A stretch of 64,000 bases of DNA, taken from the NCBI RefSeq assembly GCF_009914755.1, contig NC_060929.1, one strand, 5' to 3'. The notes below the pieces were generated by a model that made no database searches, had not been told where the DNA came from, and saw only the letters and a program-made list of their open reading frames with translations. Both the position numbers and the translations under genes were made by a program. Of this stretch, positions 25,173 through 39,544 are shown in pieces (position 1 is the first letter of the stretch; each line of letters starts with the position of its first letter). The DNA is from the human T2T-CHM13v2.0 reference genome, Homo sapiens.

Positions 25173-25204
25173 TAGGGTTCAAGGCTCATTTTCAGTCTTC
25201 AGGT

Positions 25205-25495
25205 GGTGGTTCAAATATTCTCTTTTCAGAACATTTAGGAAGGTCTTCCCTGACTACCTCCCCTGAAGTAACCTTCTCCAATTACTTTCTATCGGATGAT
25301 CTTTTTTATTTCCTTTATAGTACATCACAGTTTGAAATGTTCTTCTTTATTCATTTGTTTACCTATTTATAGTCTGTGGTCTCTAACAAGAATGTAAGAA
25401 ACCCGAGGGCAGGAATTTTCTTTCAAGAGGCTATTGACATGGTCATCAATACATAGCAGAATTTAATCAAAAAATTATTTAATAAATGAATAAAA
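25205..25495 (+). mobile_element. L2 3' end
   Basis: aggtcttccctgactacc...agaatgtaag...gagggcagga...aataaatgaat. Confidence 0.7.
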
Positions 25496-25819
25496 TATGG
25501 ATTTTTTTGCTATGGTTTGGCAAATAATATAAAATTAAGAAATGTGTTTCTCATATCACTGAATTTCCAGCAAATACACTGGGCAACACTTTCTTGAATT
25601 GAGAAATTGTCCACTTTTTAGAATATTAATGATCTTCCATGTATAACATGTTTCATTCTCATATGCAATGCTATGAAACAACATACTTATTTCATTACTC
25701 TAGCAAATACTTAGAACACTTTAATCCCAGTGATGTAAATTTGGACACTATTAGGATGTCTATTTATCTCCTATTTACAAAAACATAAAATCAATGCATA
25801 CTATGCACAGAGCTACAAC

Positions 25820-26105
25820 GCAGGGGTCAAGGATGGGCATGTGACCCACGCTGGTCTAGTAAGCATGCCAACCTCTCCACTTTTGCTAACATTGAGAAAG
25901 AGGTTAAGTTTGTAGAATGTTAAGAGTAGAACTGTTGGTTGTTGTATCTGCTACCACATTGTCTAAAAGTGGTGGTCTAAAACTTGTCTAAAAGAGGTTG
26001 CCTAAAAATGAGGCTGATGAAGAGAAAAACAAAGCCAAATACGTGAAAGGCAGATTCCTGATAATACTACTGTAATTACCAGATACTGTTATGCATTAAG
26101 TCACA
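25820..26105 (+). mobile_element. Old MaLR LTR fragment (MLT1J/K-like)
   Basis: ggatgggcatgtgaccca...aatgaggctgat...attcctgataata. Confidence 0.55.
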
Positions 26106-26134
26106 TTTGCCCTCTACTGCAATGATGAATATAC

Positions 26135-26560
26135 TGGAATGTTCACTGGAGAATTACAGTAGTCAAAACAGGAAACCATGTAAGGAACCATAAACGGTGG
26201 AAGCGTTAAATAAATAATGGGTTAATCATACTAAGGAATACTACCTAGTTATTTTCTTTTAAAGAATCAGGTTATCTAGATGCACTGAGATGCATAGCTC
26301 CCTAAAAGATGTTAAGCAGAAATAACATATTGCAGAAAAATATATTATCCCAGTTATGAGTATATACATTTTTTATATGCATATTCACAGAAAAGGGCCC
26401 AGAAAACTGCACACCAACTGTGGACACGTGGTTAGGTCTGGGAAAGGGATCTGAAGGAAGTGATGGGGGACAAAGAGAGATCAATGTTTTGCTCAGTTTA
26501 TTACCTCCTGCATAAATCTTGTAAAATAAAAATGAATTAATGTATTCTTTAGGTAATTTG
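26135..26560 (+). mobile_element. L1ME-type 3' fragment
   Basis: taaataatgggttaatcatactaaggaatactac-type L1 3' motif. Confidence 0.55.
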
Positions 26561-27479
26561 AAAAGAACATGTTACATTTAAAAAAAATTTTAATATTTTT
26601 TATTTCCATATTTTGGTACATTGTACTCACTCTAAGTGGACTACTCTCCTTTATTATTTTTTAAAACAATGTAATGGAAATGATGGTGCTCTTTTCTGTC
26701 CCACTCTCCATTCTTTACCAGCCCCAATTTTTTAATGAATACTCCAGTTTTTCAGTCTGGTTAAAGTGAATGCCAAAGACAGAAAAGAGAAAAAGAAAGG
26801 GCAGAGAGAGACAGAGGGAGGAAGCTGCATTAGAATCTCCAATGTACCTTCTAAAACTGGCCAAGGTCTTTGGGTGTTTTTTTTTTTTTTCCTCTTGGCC
26901 TCCTGCAAGCAATTTTATTGGCTTTATAAAATACAGCTTGGATTTATTCAACTGCAAATATATCAACAGTCCAATGTTTATAATAATATGCTTTACATTA
27001 ATTTAGTCTTGGATCAGAGTAAACAAACTTGTTTATTAACATCTCATTGAAACATTTCAGGCTTCTGAATTGGGCATAACAATTGCTTTCCTAATTAACT
27101 CAAAATCTAAACCTTTTGTTGCTTTTTTTGGCTTGCTCTAGTCTTCAAAATCTTCACATTATCTTAGGTATGCTCATCACATCTCCTGCTTTTGTATTCC
27201 CTTAGATTTCCACAGTTTCAACCCCTTTTTAAAAATGACACAGCTGAAGGTGCTTAGAGTCTGAAGCAAGAGTAAGGGCTGTTTGACTTTTAGTATGACT
27301 AATGAGGATCTGAATTTATACAGTGTTGACAAACTGATGTCTGTTTGGCTCTATTTTATTCTCTAAGCCCACTGATCCTAGTAACTTAAACCTCCTACTC
27401 TGTTGACACCCTCCTTCCATTCTCCTTGCCTCTATTTAAAATTATGCCAAATTTGATTCTGATTTTCTGGAAGAAGTAA

Positions 27480-28400
27480 ACCATTATATTAATAGACACA
27501 TCTGAAGCCTCCATATGTCTTTACCTATCCCATTACCTATCCCATCCCTTCTTCTCTCTCCAAAAGTAAACGCCCTCCTGAGTTGGCTTATATCATTACT
27601 GTATATCTTTTATAATACTTTTTATTAGATATGCACATATCCATAACAAGTACAACATATTATATAACATAATATCCATAAACAAGATATTAATTTGCAT
27701 GCTTTAAGCTTTATACAAATATAATAGTGTATAGATCCTTTAAATTTTTTTTTTTTTTTGCTTAGCATTATCTTCTTAAGATTTACATGTGGTTCTGCTT
27801 AGTTTATTCATTTTAACTGCTGTACAGCATTGCAATTTATGTATCCACTCTCCTATTAATGGACATTTAAGTTGGTTCTAATTTATTGCTATTATCAAAC
27901 TATTATAATTCTTGTACATGTGCATGTATTTGTTTAAAGATGAATACCTAGGAATGGAATCGTGGGGTCATACGATATGCACACCTTCACCTTTACTAGG
28001 TATTTCCAAACTGCATCCCAACAAAACTAGGCTAGTTTACAATTCAACCAACAGTGTATAAGAATTTTTGTCACACCAAACTCTTGTAAACGATCTCCAG
28101 AGATCCACGATGCTGAAATACCAAGAGTCTTGATCTTTTTGTTTTTTGTTTTTGATTGGTATGAAGTCTCAATGTTTTAATTTGGATTTCCCTGATTACT
28201 ACCAAAGTTGAGTATTTTACCTTATTATTGGCCTTTTTTTCTATTGTGTTATTTGCCTTTTCCTGAGAAATATTTAGGAGGTCTTTATATATTATTGTTC
28301 TATTCCTTTGTCAATTATGAGAGTTATAGATATCACTCTTCTGTGTATTTTTTTACTATTGTTTATAATGTCCTTTGCTGTTTTTTATTTAATTTGTGGT
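27480..28400 (-). mobile_element. Old L1M fragments
   Basis: atggacatttaagttggttc...tttaatttggatttccctgattac in reverse orientation. Confidence 0.7.
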
Positions 28401-29679
28401 TTAATTTAAAAATTTATTTTTTTCTGTTATTTACCTGTAATTGAGTCAAAAATATAAAAATTAAATGTTCTTTGGTCATTTTTCATGAAGCATTACCAAC
28501 AATAATGTTAGATTGCATATCTAAAGGGGAACTGAGAAAAATTTCTATTTCTTCTGAGTAGTTCAATTAATCCTTACAGGGTATCGGCTATGTACCCCCG
28601 TACAGTATTAGAGGTTTCAAACATGAAGGAGACCATAGAGTCAATACATACACATTTACAGACTAATTGAAGAAAAATACTTGGAGGCAGACTGATGATG
28701 ATGATGATGATGAAATGGAGAAGTAACCATGTGCCAGAGGTTGTGCTGAGGCATTATTTAATTTTACAGTAGTGTAATAAGATGGAGTAAATGTTAGTGT
28801 AAGAAATACATACAAAATCCTGTGGATAGAATATGTTATAACCTTGCATCCCAAAGATCATTCAAGATATAAAGTGGTCAAATTTGAGGTAGTATGAACC
28901 TGTGAGATATAGTAAGACCTTGAACTGACATTTCTATCTTCTCAAGTCAATCTATTTTCCCAAACCAATAACTCAGAGATTAACCTTCATTTATTTAGAA
29001 TATTAATAAGAATTAAAGTGGGAACAAGTTATTCATTTGAAGAAAAAAATGCTTTTTTGGAAGACAAGTTCATTTTTTACAATCAATGATCCAATCACAT
29101 AATGATATTTTCTCCATTTATTAGAGATGGTGAAAATTTAAAAAGCCTATAGTTCTTAGGAATCCTAACAAATGGTGCATATACCTTCCTATATCTGATT
29201 ATTAATTTATAACATCAAAGTTAAAATAAACTCTTGTTCCTTAAAGAAACCTCATGGTAAGTACATTTGCAAACAATGCATCCAAATGTATCTCTTTTGT
29301 AAATACAGATGTTCACGTTTCTCTCACTGAAGGTTATATCTGTAGCTCTACAAAAAGTTCATAAAATGAGAGGGCTTAATATTCTTCAGCCAGGAGGACG
29401 AAAGGGCTCCTGATCTAGAAATAGAGAAGCGTGGCCAGCAGCGTCACACATTTCCTGAGGCAGATTAGGGGTATCCCACTTCCTTGAGGCTATGAGGTTT
29501 ACACTTCAGCCTTCATATCACTGTAACCCTCTAGGACTTGCAAACCAAGATGTGTTTCCCCTGCTTAGGGGTGACAGTAAATTTGAAAATGAGAAAATAA
29601 GACTGCATCTAAGAATTAAACTTTGAAATAAATATATAGCAGGCCAGCACATAGATAGATAAAGGCAACTTCAATTGTC

Positions 29680-30003
29680 AGAAGGATGCAAACTCAAATG
29701 CCTGAAGGCACACACATTACCAGTAGGTAATGCTGATCAGCGTCTTGGACCTGGCAGAGACCACAGTGAACTGAATGAAGGCAGCACTCAAGCTTCCTTT
29801 AAAGGAGACAGTCTCTGCTCAGCTCCAGATGGTTGACCAGATGTGGGAAGGGGCTAGATCTCTGGATTTTTTCAAGAAAGACTACAGCTCTGGGTTGTTA
29901 CATGAATATTCCTGATGTTTAAATCTTAGCCTCTACACAATATGAGACAAACAAAAGCTTTTAAAGGCCAGAAGTGTCCCATGGACAGTCCGTCTCAGAC
30001 CAG
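29680..30003 (+). mobile_element. MER102-like hAT-Charlie element
   Basis: gcaaactcaaatgcct...gctcagctccag...gattttttcaaga...caaacaaaa. Confidence 0.65.
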
Positions 30004-30759
30004 GAAGTAGGCAAAAAGCAGCCTTGGAAGTAAGCACAGGCAGTAGCCACTGAAACACTGGGGTAGGGTGCTAGAGGCTGGTGGCCTTCCCTTTTGTGGC
30101 TCTGCCTCTCTCATTTCATTATACCCATGGGTCTGAGAACAGCTTGCCCTTCTGATTCCATGCTCATCAAGCTGCTTTCTGACACAAATATGGGATCCTG
30201 TCTGGCATGTCTTTAGGGAGACCTTGCTTAAAACTTGAGGGAGTTGAGGAGCAACTCAGCAGCTAGGTCTCTCCTTATAAATTAATAAACTGACAGCCGG
30301 GTTAGCGATTTGCTCCCCATGTAGTCTGCCTACAGGAGCAAAATGCGCTGGGTGGGAAGATGAGCCGCCCATCTTCAGCTGTTTCACTTCTCATTCTAAA
30401 TGGAAACATTGGCATTCTGATCTCACACATTAGTTGTAAGAGTTTCATTAATATGAGTCCAGTTCTGGAGGACAGATGTGCTCTGAAGCTGCTGACAAGT
30501 GTGGTTTCTGGGCCCACGGGGCTTTGGGCCAGACCACAGACAGTGGGAAAATCCCTAACACAAGGCCAACCTGCAAGGCCCGTTGGGATCTTAAGTAATT
30601 GATCTAACTTCTCACTTACTCTCACTCTAACCCCGTGGCCATTCATTTCAAAGCATCCTTACCCAGGTCTCTAGATGTCCAGAAACGACCTTGAAATATG
30701 AAGTTAAGAATTGAAGATACGCCTTAAGGAAAAGGGCAGAGAACTCACAGCAACTAAAA

Positions 30760-31245
30760 AATATGTTTGTAATCATTGGCACCATGGAGCAGCACTCTGC
30801 TCTGTGCTTGCCATAGACCATCCCACTTAATCCTCACAGAAACTCTGTGAAGCAGGTACTACTCGGAGCAATTATTCTATTTTACAAACTGATGCTTACG
30901 GAGGTGAAGTAATTTGACCATATGTACCCAGCTAACAAGTAGCGGAGTTGGGATTAGAACCTGCATCCTCAAACACTACGACTTGTTTTGTGTAAATGGT
31001 ACTTTATTTCACTATTTTTACACCAAACATGCATTTTGCATTACTATTTGCTAGATACTGTTCTAACTACTTTACCAACATTAACTCATGTATTCCTCAT
31101 AATAAGCCTGTGAAATAACACTACAATTTGCCCCATTCTGATAAGGAAACTGAGGCAAAGAAAGGTTAAGCAACTTGCCCAGGATTATACAACCAGGAGG
31201 GGACATAATCAGGATTCAAACTCCATCATTTGGGCTCCAGAGTAC
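30760..31245 (-). mobile_element. Two tandem MIR copies
   Basis: ttaatcctcacag...gaggtgaagtaatttg; gataaggaaactgaggcaaagaaaggttaagcaacttgcccagg. Confidence 0.8.
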
Positions 31246-33264
31246 GCATTATCAGTCCCTGTGAAACTCCGCACAATGTTCCCAAGGAAGAGTTGATAAA
31301 GATTCCAATTTTAAATAATTTCAGTGCTATTGTAGGCACGATTTTTCAGGAGGATGGATGGCAACCCAAGGAAAAGAAATCATTTATGTCATATCATTCC
31401 TCTTTATTATATACCAATTAGAAAAACTGCAATTCTTCTGGATTTAAGAACTACAGAGCAAGTAACCACCATAAAATACTATAGGTCTGGAGATAGTTAT
31501 TCTTAGGCGATACATCTGAGGAGGGTGACAAATTTTAGTTTGCATCTTTTTTTCCCCTCACTGTTGCAGGGGAAATGAAAGGAGACTTTTTTATTTCTGC
31601 ATTTATAAATCCTAGGAGGTAAACATTGGAATACTTTTGAGAAATCTGAAATGAAGCACATATTCCAGAGTTTAATTTGAAAGTCATTTTCTCCTGGAAA
31701 CAAAGCAAGTTTAATTTCAGAATCAAAATGCACTGAACATAAAGAAGTAGATGTGGATACCTCCTACTTTGAACCAAACTTTCAGTTAAACTTAAAATGG
31801 AACTTTTGGATCCATAAATTGTCAACTTTTATTAAGAATAATACTTTGGAATTGATTGGGTAAAAATAACACCTTATGACTCATATTTTAAATGTGAAGC
31901 GAAGTTTTCTATTTAAATAGTGAGGAAAGGCCTTCAGTGGTTTCTATACTACTTAAAGAATCCAGTGTAGACCCTTCCAGCCAGGGTCTAAAAAGTTAAC
32001 TTAAACCTGAATCCAGAGGGTCTCTCTTTTTAAGTCCTTAATCTGCTGTTTTGTTCCCCTCCAGTTTAATGTAGTTCATGAACTCTTTCCAGAAACTGCC
32101 ATCCTGAGAGATACAGCATGTTGCAGAACTAGCTCACAAACTGTCACCATGAAAAATAATACCTATAATACTTCCCTTCTTTCAGCCTCTCTTCTCCACA
32201 AACAGTCCAATCATTTTTGCTCAACACAATTTGTATAGTCTGGTTATCAAAATGTAGCTTAGTGCCCTAGTGATGTGACTTTCCTGGTCTCATTGTTGAT
32301 TGAATTCTCGACACAGCCCCACACTCAGGCCTCTCCCCAGGGCCCCATCTGGTTCCATCTTCAGGTCTCTTCTCATTCTTTCTTGCTGCTCCTTTCATTC
32401 CTCTCCACATCATGAAACAATTTTAGGGATTGTTAAGCAAATGTCTGAGGCAATATTGCATGGCAGTTAAGAGAGCATGTTTTAAAATCGGACAACCTAG
32501 GCATAAATTATGTCTCTGTCAGTTACCTACTGTGTTTGTTATTACCATCAACATTGTATGTTTAATTTTGAATCACTTAACGTTGAGGTGAGAAATAAAG
32601 CATAGTTTTTAAAATTTGTAAATAAAAATTAGTTAGCTTTCTTTTTGGCCAATACTTCAATTAAAAAAAATTGGTGCTAATTCTGTCAGCAAATCAATTA
32701 GCTATTTCATTTTATGCACACTCTTGAATATCTGTGAGCTGATCCTTCTCAATCTTGTTTTCTTCTCCTGCCGCTTAAATGCTGCTGCTCCAGAGGAATC
32801 AGTCCTCGGTCCTTGGCTTTTTTTGCTAGAGAGAAGAGGTCCCAGACTTCACAAGGCAGAGCAGGTATGCAGTGCACAGATACACGTGGAGTTGTGCGGC
32901 ACACAGGCAATCACATGACCATTAGAAGGGCACTGACGTTGCTCCTCTCTACTCATCGCTGCTACTTGGTATTGCAGGACCAGATTTTCTAATTTTCAAG
33001 ACCATGTAAAATACTTAGTTTAAAAAATATTGCCATAATGCTTTGGCTGTCCAGATTCAACCTGAAAAACCCAACCTAGGATGACATCTGCTTTATATTC
33101 TCACAAAATAATCTTATCCAGGTCCATGACACTCATCACTATCCCTAGTCAGAGTGCTCCCACATCTCTGTCTTTAGCCCATATCTGAGCTCTCGCCTGT
33201 ATATATTAACAAAGTCATTGAGCCCTCTGCACAAGACACTGGGACACCAAAGATGACTGATATA

Positions 33265-33319
33265 CTAGGTTGGTGCAAAAGTGATGGCAAAAAACGCAAT
33301 TACTTTTGCACCAACCTAA
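33265..33319. mobile_element. MADE1 (Hsmar1 MITE), internally deleted
   Basis: TA-flanked taggttggtgcaaaagt...acttttgcaccaaccta. Confidence 0.9.
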
Positions 33320-33680
33320 TACAAATGTAGCCCCTGCCCACAAGGGGTTTACAGTCTATCAATCAAATTACTTCGTAGACACCTCCATCTGGAGATGCTC
33401 CTGGTACCTCATACTAACACTGCCATCCCATTCCACACCTTCCCCCCAACCCCAAACCTACTCACCCTGGTGTCTCCCTCCTTATTTCTACAGAAGGCTG
33501 TCACCCAAACCAGAGACAGAAAATTCATCCAGAAACCCTCTCTTACTGCTAAGAGCCAATTGTTCTCCGAGGCTTTCCCCTTCAATGCCCTGTCCACCTC
33601 TCATTCCCAGGCATGACTTTCCATCCTTTATAATACTTCTCTACTCATAATTCATTGCAGGAACTACTGCAATTACCCTT

Positions 33681-34187
33681 TGTGGCAATTTTTGAAACAT
33701 ATTTGAAATTTTTATGACATTCCTTTCCTCAAGAGGTGGGATCTATGTCTTCTCTCCCCTTGAAACTCAGATGACTTTTGTGACTGTTTTAACCAATAAA
33801 GTATGACAGAGGTGATGCCATGTGACTTCTGAGGCTAGAACATAAAAGGTTGTGCAGCTACCCCCTTGCTCAGTGGAACAGTCTCTCTTAAAGCCTTTAG
33901 ATGCCCTGACTGCCTGGGGGCTGCCTTGCTGTGAGGAAGCCCAACTAGCCCTGAGACCACAAGAAGAGAGGGAGGAGTCTGGACAGTCCTGAGCTTTCAC
34001 AGTTTGTCCCACAACTGTTTCAACTCTAACATCTATCTGACTGCAACGACATGAAGGACATTGACCAGAATCTTCCAAGCAAACCTTTCACACATTCCTG
34101 ACTCACAAGATTTTGAATAAAATAAAATGGTAGTTTTAAGCTGCTAGGTTTCAGCTAATTTGTTACATAACAATAGTAGCCAGTACA
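33681..34187 (+). mobile_element. MLT1 (F/G/H-type) LTR, 5' LTR of a MaLR provirus
   Basis: TG...CA termini; gatgccatgtgacttctgaggctag; aataaa...ttttaagctgctaggttt...tttgttac. Confidence 0.8.
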
Positions 34188-35975
34188 GAAGTGGGGTTTA
34201 CCATAACAGAAACCTGAAATATATGTCATTAAGACTGAGACAGGCAGTAAGTGGAGGCTGAAAGGCCCACAAGGAAAGTCTTATGAGAAGAAGTTGGTAG
34301 AAATTAGTTAAAGGCTTCAAGAAGCTGTCAGCAAAGGCTCAAAGGGAAGTGAGAAAAATGTTGCCGGAAGTTAAAGAAAGGGGTCTCTTATTATGTAGAA
34401 GCAGAACATTTCACAAAACTATCATTTCTGATAATGTGGAAATTAGAAATACACCTAATGAATTTGGTGATCTAGCTAAGGAGATATTCATGTGGTTTTA
34501 TGGTTTTTTTTGTTGTTGTTGTTTTATTTTGTTTTGTTTAGCTGCCTATAATAAAATGCAAGAGGAAAGAGATGAGCTAAAGAAAAAACTGTTAAAATAT
34601 AAATAAGTTAGAACTTGCTGGGTTAAAAAACAACAACTAAAAGAAACTGTTTCTTATTCTCAGCCTCTCTAAACAGCAAGTAATTCCCAACTTAAGAAAA
34701 CACTTGGAGATATAGCCAGAGGTTAACAGATACCAAATCCAGCTAGATAGGAGGAATACGTTCTAGTATTCTGTAGTACTACGTTCTAGTATTCTGTAGT
34801 ACTACAGGGTGACTAAAATTAGCAACAATTTATTGTATATTTGCAAATAGCTAGAATCATGGATTTTGAATGTTCCCAACACAAAGAAATGATGAATGTT
34901 TGAGGTGACGGATATGTTAATTGCCCTGATTTGATCATTACACATTGTATAGATGTATCAAAATATCACACTGTACTCCATAAACATATACAATTATTAT
35001 GAGTCAATTAAAATTAATAATGAAAGAAAAAGAAAAAAAGAAAGAAAAAGAAAAGGTGAAAGAAAGAACACTGTGAATATACCATTTTCAAAAATAATAA
35101 ATAAAAAGAAAGGCTTTAGGCCAAATAACAATCCAGGTTGAAATAATATCCTTTACTAAAGTTTCAGAAAAATCTAAGGCAGTGGCTCCTCAAATTTTTT
35201 TAGGCAGACAGTGGACCTCTAAGAATCTTAGGAGTATGCTTCACAAATTCTCTCCATAAAACTGGTCTTCCAGGTATCTTAAGGATGTTATCTTAAGACA
35301 CCTCATAGGGAGCTGAAAGTAAAGAAGCACTTACCTTGAGAATATCTATGGTTTGGATTCATAGAAAACCCACAAACTATTTGAGATAATTGTTTTGCTA
35401 TAAGAAACACCAATTTGGAGTAAAATAGATGGGAACACTACAAAATTAAAAGTGGGCTTTGGACACGTAGCATTCTATGGGCAGTAAAAAGTCTGATTAG
35501 GCTATTTAGTTGCAAAGGTCGTTGTTTGGTTATTGTTGTTGTTTTTTAATGGAAGACAAAGGCTGACTCAAAGGGCCAAACACTGAGAGTGGAACCAAGA
35601 GCTGAAAAAAGACAATTCCTAGCAGTAGGATTACACCCTAATGAAGAAACTGGCAACATGAACTTCCTGCATTTCATGACTGCTAAGGGCCAGTGATTGC
35701 TGTGTGCCTCCTGTTTTCCTCCTTTTAAGTGAGTGGGTCTACAGCAGTTTACCTTTGCCTGTTGTGCCACTGAAATTTAGGTATGTCGGGGGAGGGGGCA
35801 GATAACTTGTTTCTTCACTTCACAGTTCCTCAGATTAAGGAGCTGTACCCAAATTACTGCATTTGAGGAGTCTAAACTTCATTTGGACCTTAGATGATAC
35901 TATGTTTCAAGCAGATGTTTAGATTTGAGGGTCTTGGGGGAGAGGATAAATATATTTTTCATGTAAGAAGAATTT
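34188..35975 (+). mobile_element. MLT1 internal region
   Basis: Begins gaagtgggg...ataacagaaacctgaaa right after the LTR; tctagctaaggagat and gcctataataaaatgcaagaggaaagagatgagctaa MaLR-int motifs. Confidence 0.7.
34718..35065 (+). mobile_element. L1MA 3' end inserted in the MLT1 internal region
   Basis: gctagataggaggaa...ttgaatgttcccaacacaaagaaatgat...ccctgatttgatcattacac plus A-rich tail. Confidence 0.85.
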
Positions 35976-35979
35976 GAGT

Positions 35980-36538
35980 TTAGCTGCATGGTAATTCACA
36001 AAAGATTGCATTTTTCCAAAGAAAGGGAGTCCTCAAAATCTCTTTTGTTCCACATGCTGTTCTCACAATGTGACATTCCTCCCATCAGCAGGTGAGGACT
36101 AAGTGCCTTCCCTCTGAATCTAGACAGGATTGTGACTATAGCAAAAGTGAGGCTATGTGATTTCTGAGACTAGGTCACAAAAGCTGGCACAGCATTTCTC
36201 TCATTCCCTTGAGGGCTTGCACTGAGAATCCAGCTGCCATACCACAAGGAAACCCAAGCAAGCTCATGGAGAGGTCTACGTGGAGAAAAATCTAGGCCCC
36301 CAGGCTACAGCCAAGCTGAGCTCCAGGCCAATGGCCAGCACCACTTTTCAGGTGTTTGAACAAATCTTGAGCATGGATCCTCAAGCCCCCAGTTGAGTGA
36401 TGCTGTGCAGAGCAGAGATTAGCTGCCCTTGTCAAGCCCTGCCTGACGTGAAGATTGAGGTACAAAATAAATGACTGATGTGACTTAAGCCACTAAGCTT
36501 TGGATAATACGTTATGCAGCAATAGGTAACTGGAGTAC
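35980..36538 (+). mobile_element. MLT1H-like LTR (putative 3' LTR)
   Basis: ctatgtgatttctgagactaggtcac...ttaagccactaagctttgg...gttatgcagcaataggtaactgg. Confidence 0.75.
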
Positions 36539-37258
36539 CTTTTTAATGCTTTCCTTTCCTACTGTCTTCTATTTCTCCTCATTCCCTCTGAATTTTTTAG
36601 AAGATAAAACTGATCAGGTCATGTCCAAGATCTTTCTCTTTTTTTCCATTTGGATCTCTATCACTCAACTGTAAGCACCTTGAGGTCATGAATGATTTCT
36701 AAACATTTTAGTAGCATTAAAAATTTATTGAATAAATCAACTGCTAAATATTTTGTTCCTGGAACTGTAATAGGATCTATAATGGAATCTTGACTCATAA
36801 GATGTAAATTCTGTGAAAATGAATAAGCAAATTAACAATACTGCTTTTTTCCCTTTAGGAATCTAAGAGAAAAAAATTTTAAATAACTCATTCATTTTCA
36901 GATGTTAAAAGGATTTTCACTTACAAATTGAGAGATGTCCTTGAAGAAAACACCTTTGACTAAGGAAATATGGTGTGAAATTCACCACACATTTCTTCAT
37001 AAGCGGATAACATACTGTCTTGCCTAAACTTTAATAATCTGATTTTGATAAATACCAAACTATAAATAAAAACATAGTTCTGCTTTATCACATGAAAGCA
37101 TAAAATAACAAGCAATTCTCATTTATCCTGAGTATACTATTAGCTATTATAATTTCTGAGAATTTCAAGATTTTCTGTTAATATACCAGATTTTTTTTCT
37201 GAATATTCCTTTATTCTTTCTGTAGTATACAAACACTCCTAAATGCCTCCTATAATAA

Positions 37259-37662
<404 letters not shown>

Positions 37663-39544
37663 TTATGTTAGATTTTTATAACAACTATTTCCTCCAAGGA
37701 GTTTAAGGTGCTTAGTAAACAGAGGGCATTTTTTATGGTTTGCTTTAATGAACATCTTCAATGCATTGCAATAGCAAAGAAGTGAACAACAACCAAGTTG
37801 GAAGGAAGAGATCACAGGGTAAAGAACAGAGCAGCAGGGTCAGAAGTCAATAGGGGTTGGTTTATTTGCAGAGCAGCAAGAACTCAGGGGATTACAAAAA
37901 TAACTGCATCCAAACCACGCTCAAGTTTACGGTGCTACCTTTACGAAAAGAAGGTGTTTTGGTCTTTTCCTTTTTAAGTTGATTTCAGGAACCCTGGTTC
38001 CAGGCTACACTGATTCTTTCAGTCACTTATATTTGTGTCAAGATAACTGATTAAAAATTGAATAGTAGTCCCTGCTCTTTGTACCTTATGTTGAATTTGG
38101 GCAAAGTGAATGCCTGAAGCAGACTGAAGTACATGACTCAATTTGACCTTCACTACATCTAAACCCATCAAAGAAACGAACTGATACATAGGACGAAGGA
38201 GTAGGCGGTGACCGTGTATTTGAAATGAGGGGAGGCCCAGAAGGCAGTGAAAAAAGGCCAGTGGTTTCCTGGCCCTGAGGGGGAAACGAGACCTCCAAGG
38301 AGATGGCTGGCATGTTATTATTAGGGAGATGGCAGTTCCACACTCCGAATGGAGACTCAGAGTTAGAACTAAGCTAACGCAATGACAATGAAAAAATGTG
38401 ATACTAATGACATAAGTGATTTTGTAGGCATAGACTCATTCAGAAGTGCCAAATTCAGCCAAACAATATTTGAAAAGCGCACACCAATTCCACCTGTGCC
38501 ACATAAGAGTACTCAATATATCCACTGTGGAGACTGACTTCTTGAGAGAAATTTTTGATGGTGGTGGATAAAAAGCATTTCAACAGCCTCCTTAAGAGGA
38601 TATTAATGACCCCATTATATTTGGTGCACAAAGCTCTAAATAACCATTTCGTCCTCAGGCAGACAAAACAGAGTTTTTAATTGCTTGTTCAGTTTGAGAC
38701 ACTGACATATTCACAAAAGGAATAAACCTCTTATAACCAATACAGCTTCAGTTGGTAAGGACAGAGAGACTTCCTTAGAGTCTCTAAGGAAGAGTGATTA
38801 TAGGCTACCTACCTTCTACTTGGCTGAGTCTTAAAAGTAGTGAAAAAATGGGAAGGGATAGAGTGCATGTGAAGCAAGAGAGAAAAGCAAGAGAAAGGGG
38901 AAAGCAAAGAGTCGCTTCAAAATTTGCTTGAGAAAATGGGTCTGTTTGAAAAGATGTGCCATAAATGGAAGAAGCTCTAATTCGTGCAGTATTCTTAGAG
39001 CACAAAAGCTTTTAGCATCTTACAGAGCTACATGAAACAAATGGGAGCTGAACCTTACGAACAAAAACTACCATAAAAGGCCTGAAATGCCTTTTATGCC
39101 TGAAAGGGCAGGATTTTAACTGAGAAGTTTTCTCATGAATATTAAATGGGGCCAAGAGAGGAAATAAGTTAAATTTTCAAAATAGCTCCCAAGCCATCAA
39201 TGAATAGTCTATCATTCTGAAATATATATTATATATCACATTGTTCTAAATAGCTTAGACGGGAGCCCCAGCTACACAATTTTGTGTGATTCCATTATGT
39301 CTTTGCATTTTCATGATGTTTAAATACATTACTCACTGTAGTTGTTCAAACACAGAGATTCCTATTCTATCATGAAAGTGAATCAATATTTTTTATAACT
39401 TTTTCCCCTGACTATATCAGCAATGCCTATTTGTATATATTAAATTTTTAAAAATATAGATAAGAAAATAAATACTGCCTATGATATCAATTCTAAAAAT
39501 AATCAATGTTAATGTATTCATGTTCTTAAATAGAGCAAAAACAA

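Noticed and set aside
33460-33490. Minus-strand 22-nt pseudo-exon with AGG|GTGAGT donor
   Set aside because: Lies in L2-derived sequence and is not frame-preserving.
35330-35350. Consensus donor AAG|GTAAGT on the minus strand
   Set aside because: Inside MaLR internal sequence; weak acceptor; 11-nt frameshifting product.
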